DNA of 25,845 nt from a virus (taxonomy: Duplodnaviria; Caudoviricetes), in IMG/VR virus record IMGVR_UViG_3300046167_000116, positions 1-25,845 of that record. One strand, written 5' to 3'. The stretch's first letter is position 1, and every line of letters begins with the position of its first letter. Below are positions 23,756 through 25,845 of this stretch, piece by piece. The position numbers and the translations under genes were made by a program. The notes beneath the pieces are model-generated. The model did not search any database. It was not told the DNA's origin and was given only the letters and a program-made list of their open reading frames with translations.

Positions 23756-25845
23756 ATGACAATAAACATAGCTAACAATGACCCAAGAATAAACTACACG
23801 GCAACTGCTGGACAAACTGTGTTTACAGTTCCGTTTGAGTTCTTTGATAACACAGACATAAAAGTTTACATCGAGGGTACACTAAAGACAATTACCACGC
23901 ATTATACAGTTTCTGGAGGAAATGGCTCTACAGGCTCTGTAACTCTAACTGCTGGTGCTACGTTAAATGACGAGGTAACGCTTGTCAGAGACGTTCCTAT
24001 GGAGCGTACAACCGATTTAACGTCTAGTTATAATGGTTCGTCTATAGATGCGCAGCTAGATCGCATTGTTGCCCAGATTGCTGACCTTGATGACAAGGCT
24101 TCACGCACGATACAAATTAATGACTATGAGTTGGCAAGTGGTTTACTCCTCCCTGCACTTGACAGCCGCAAAGGTAAGACAATTCAATTTAACACCAGCA
24201 CTGGTGCTTTAGAGGTTGGCCCTACTGGCGCGGATTTAACAGCAATCGGATCAGTTACCTCTGAGATTGCTACACTAGCTGGTATCAGCAGTAATATTAC
24301 TACTGTTGCTGGCTCTAACGCACAGGTTGTTGCAGTTGGTAACTCAATGACTAGCATAACTGCAATCAATTCTGCGCTTACAAATATAAATACAGTAGCT
24401 GGTTCTATATCTAACATTAATACAGTTGGTGGGTCTATATCTGATGTCAATGATGTAGCTGATTCTCTTGGTGAAATCTCTGCGGTACAAGCAAAACTAA
24501 CAAATATAGACACAGTAGCTATTGCTTCTACAAATATAGGTACAGTTGCTGGATCTATATCGCAGGTAAACAGTGTAGCTTCTAAGATTGCTGACGTTAC
24601 TGGGGTTAATAATAATATATCAGCGATAACTACAGCCAATGCTAATTCTACTAACATTAACTTAGTTGCTAATAATGTAGATGACGTTAATGATGTTGGT
24701 AATGTAATTACTAAAGTAACTACTGTTGCTGACAACATTACAAATGTAAATTTAGTAGCACCTAACGCACAATATTTATCAGATGTAGCTAACAATATTA
24801 CAGCTATAAATGCTATTGCACCTCTTGCAAGTGATTTAACTAATGTTACTGATAATTTAACTGCTATACAAAATGCTGGAACAAATGCAACAAATGCTGC
24901 AAGCTCTGCAACAAGTGCTGCTACTTCTGCAACAGCAGCACAAACAGCTAAGACTGCTGCTGAAACTGCATTAGATGAATTTACTGATATTTATTTAGGT
25001 AGTAAATCTGTTGCACCAACAGTTGATAATGATGGCAATGCGTTAGCAACAGGTAGTATTTATTGGAACTCTGGAGTAGACCAACTTTATATTTGGGATG
25101 GTTCTGCATGGGATGATGCTGCGTTTACTGCATCTGGTGCTGTTACATCTTTCAATACTAGATCTGGTGCTGTTACATTAAGCTCTGCTGACGTTACTAA
25201 TGCAGCTGGATTGCTTACAACTGGCGGCACAATGACAGGCAACTTGTCATTCGGTGACAACGACAAAGCCATATTCGGTGCTGGGTCTGACTTGCAGATT
25301 TACCATGATGGGACTGATAGTTTCATTGATGATGCTGGCGCTGGCTCTTTGTATATGCGAAGCGATAGTGTCGTTTTAGGAAAATACACTGGTGAAGTTG
25401 GTTTAGTTGCAACGGCTGATGGTTCAGTTGATTTGTATTATAACGATGTTAAAAAACTAACCACAACATCAACAGGTATTGACGTAACAGGCACAGCCGT
25501 AACAGACGGCCTTACAGTTGCAGGTAATGTTTCAGTAGACGGCGGCACAATCAAGCTAGACGGTAACTATCCTGTTGGTACAAACAACGTGGCGTTGGGT
25601 GATGGTTCGCTTGATGCTTCTTTAACAGGTGGTAAGAACACGGCAATTGGATCAAATGCTCTTAGCACTAATACAAGCGGAGCTTCAAATAGTGCGCTAG
25701 GTAATGGTGCTTTACTTCTAAATACTACAGGCTCTTATAATACAGCTATTGGCGATGATGCCCTTCTACTCAACAGCACCGCATCTAACAACACAGCGGT
25801 TGGGTATCAGGCGGCTTATAGTAATACTACAGGGTCTTGGGTAAC
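23756..25845 (+). CDS. Tail fibre protein with T7 gp17-like N-terminus (truncated by window edge; not in ORF track)
   Basis: GAGGT RBS; MTINIANNDPRINYTATAGQTVFTVPFEFFDNTDIKVY...IDAQLDRI; roughly 10-aa NIxTVAxxI repeats; then GDNDKAIFGAGSDLQIYHDG and NTAIG.NAL..NT.G repeats. Confidence 0.9.
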   Translation, partial: MTINIANNDPRINYTATAGQTVFTVPFEFFDNTDIKVYIEGTLKTITTHYTVSGGNGSTGSVTLTAGATLNDEVTLVRDVPMERTTDLTSSYNGSSIDAQLDRIVAQIADLDDKASRTIQINDYELASGLLLPALDSRKGKTIQFNTSTGALEVGPTGADLTAIGSVTSEIATLAGISSNITTVAGSNAQVVAVGNSMTSITAINSALTNINTVAGSISNINTVGGSISDVNDVADSLGEISAVQAKLTNIDTVAIASTNIGTVAGSISQVNSVASKIADVTGVNNNISAITTANANSTNINLVANNVDDVNDVGNVITKVTTVADNITNVNLVAPNAQYLSDVANNITAINAIAPLASDLTNVTDNLTAIQNAGTNATNAASSATSAATSATAAQTAKTAAETALDEFTDIYLGSKSVAPTVDNDGNALATGSIYWNSGVDQLYIWDGSAWDDAAFTASGAVTSFNTRSGAVTLSSADVTNAAGLLTTGGTMTGNLSFGDNDKAIFGAGSDLQIYHDGTDSFIDDAGAGSLYMRSDSVVLGKYTGEVGLVATADGSVDLYYNDVKKLTTTSTGIDVTGTAVTDGLTVAGNVSVDGGTIKLDGNYPVGTNNVALGDGSLDASLTGGKNTAIGSNALSTNTSGASNSALGNGALLLNTTGSYNTAIGDDALLLNSTASNNTAVGYQAAYSNTTGSWV

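Noticed and set aside
312-25272. Numerous short antisense or alternate-frame ORFs in the track (e.g. 312-575, 588-1022, 13772-14113, 24184-24795)
   Set aside because: They lie opposite or inside well-supported genes, lack an RBS and look like shadow ORFs.
23756-25845. Diversity-generating retroelement target as in BPP-1
   Set aside because: No reverse transcriptase or TR/VR repeat pair is seen in this window; the fibre C-terminus is outside it.

Overview
This window is most of a dsDNA podovirus genome, probably marine and infecting an Alphaproteobacterium (inferred). It has a BPP-1/HTVC010P-like layout with two divergent arms. The left arm (minus strand, 1-5469) holds small early genes, Cro/XRE HTH proteins, an Hjc-type resolvase, a lambda-O-like replication initiator with an internal iteron origin, a YqaJ exonuclease and a truncated Rad52/Sak-like annealase. 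The right arm (plus strand, 6055-end) holds terS, small basic proteins, terL, portal, scaffold, major capsid, tail tubular A/B, three internal virion proteins and a T7-gp17-like tail fibre that runs off the window. No DNA or RNA polymerase is visible. Several essential genes are broken by single-base insertions that look like long-read errors. The most striking feature is the largely non-coding 5190-5965 interval between the arms. It can fold into four large hairpin or branched structures whose G-T wobbles favour the + strand, which is the template strand of the adjacent early genes. Two of them carry TTGAC (-35-like) boxes in their 3' arms, and GAA/AAA mini-hairpins recur. This resembles the single-stranded-DNA promoters (Frpo/ssi type) and priming signals of conjugative-plasmid leading regions, which is unexpected in a dsDNA tailed phage. 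All family assignments come from motif recognition and synteny, with no database search.
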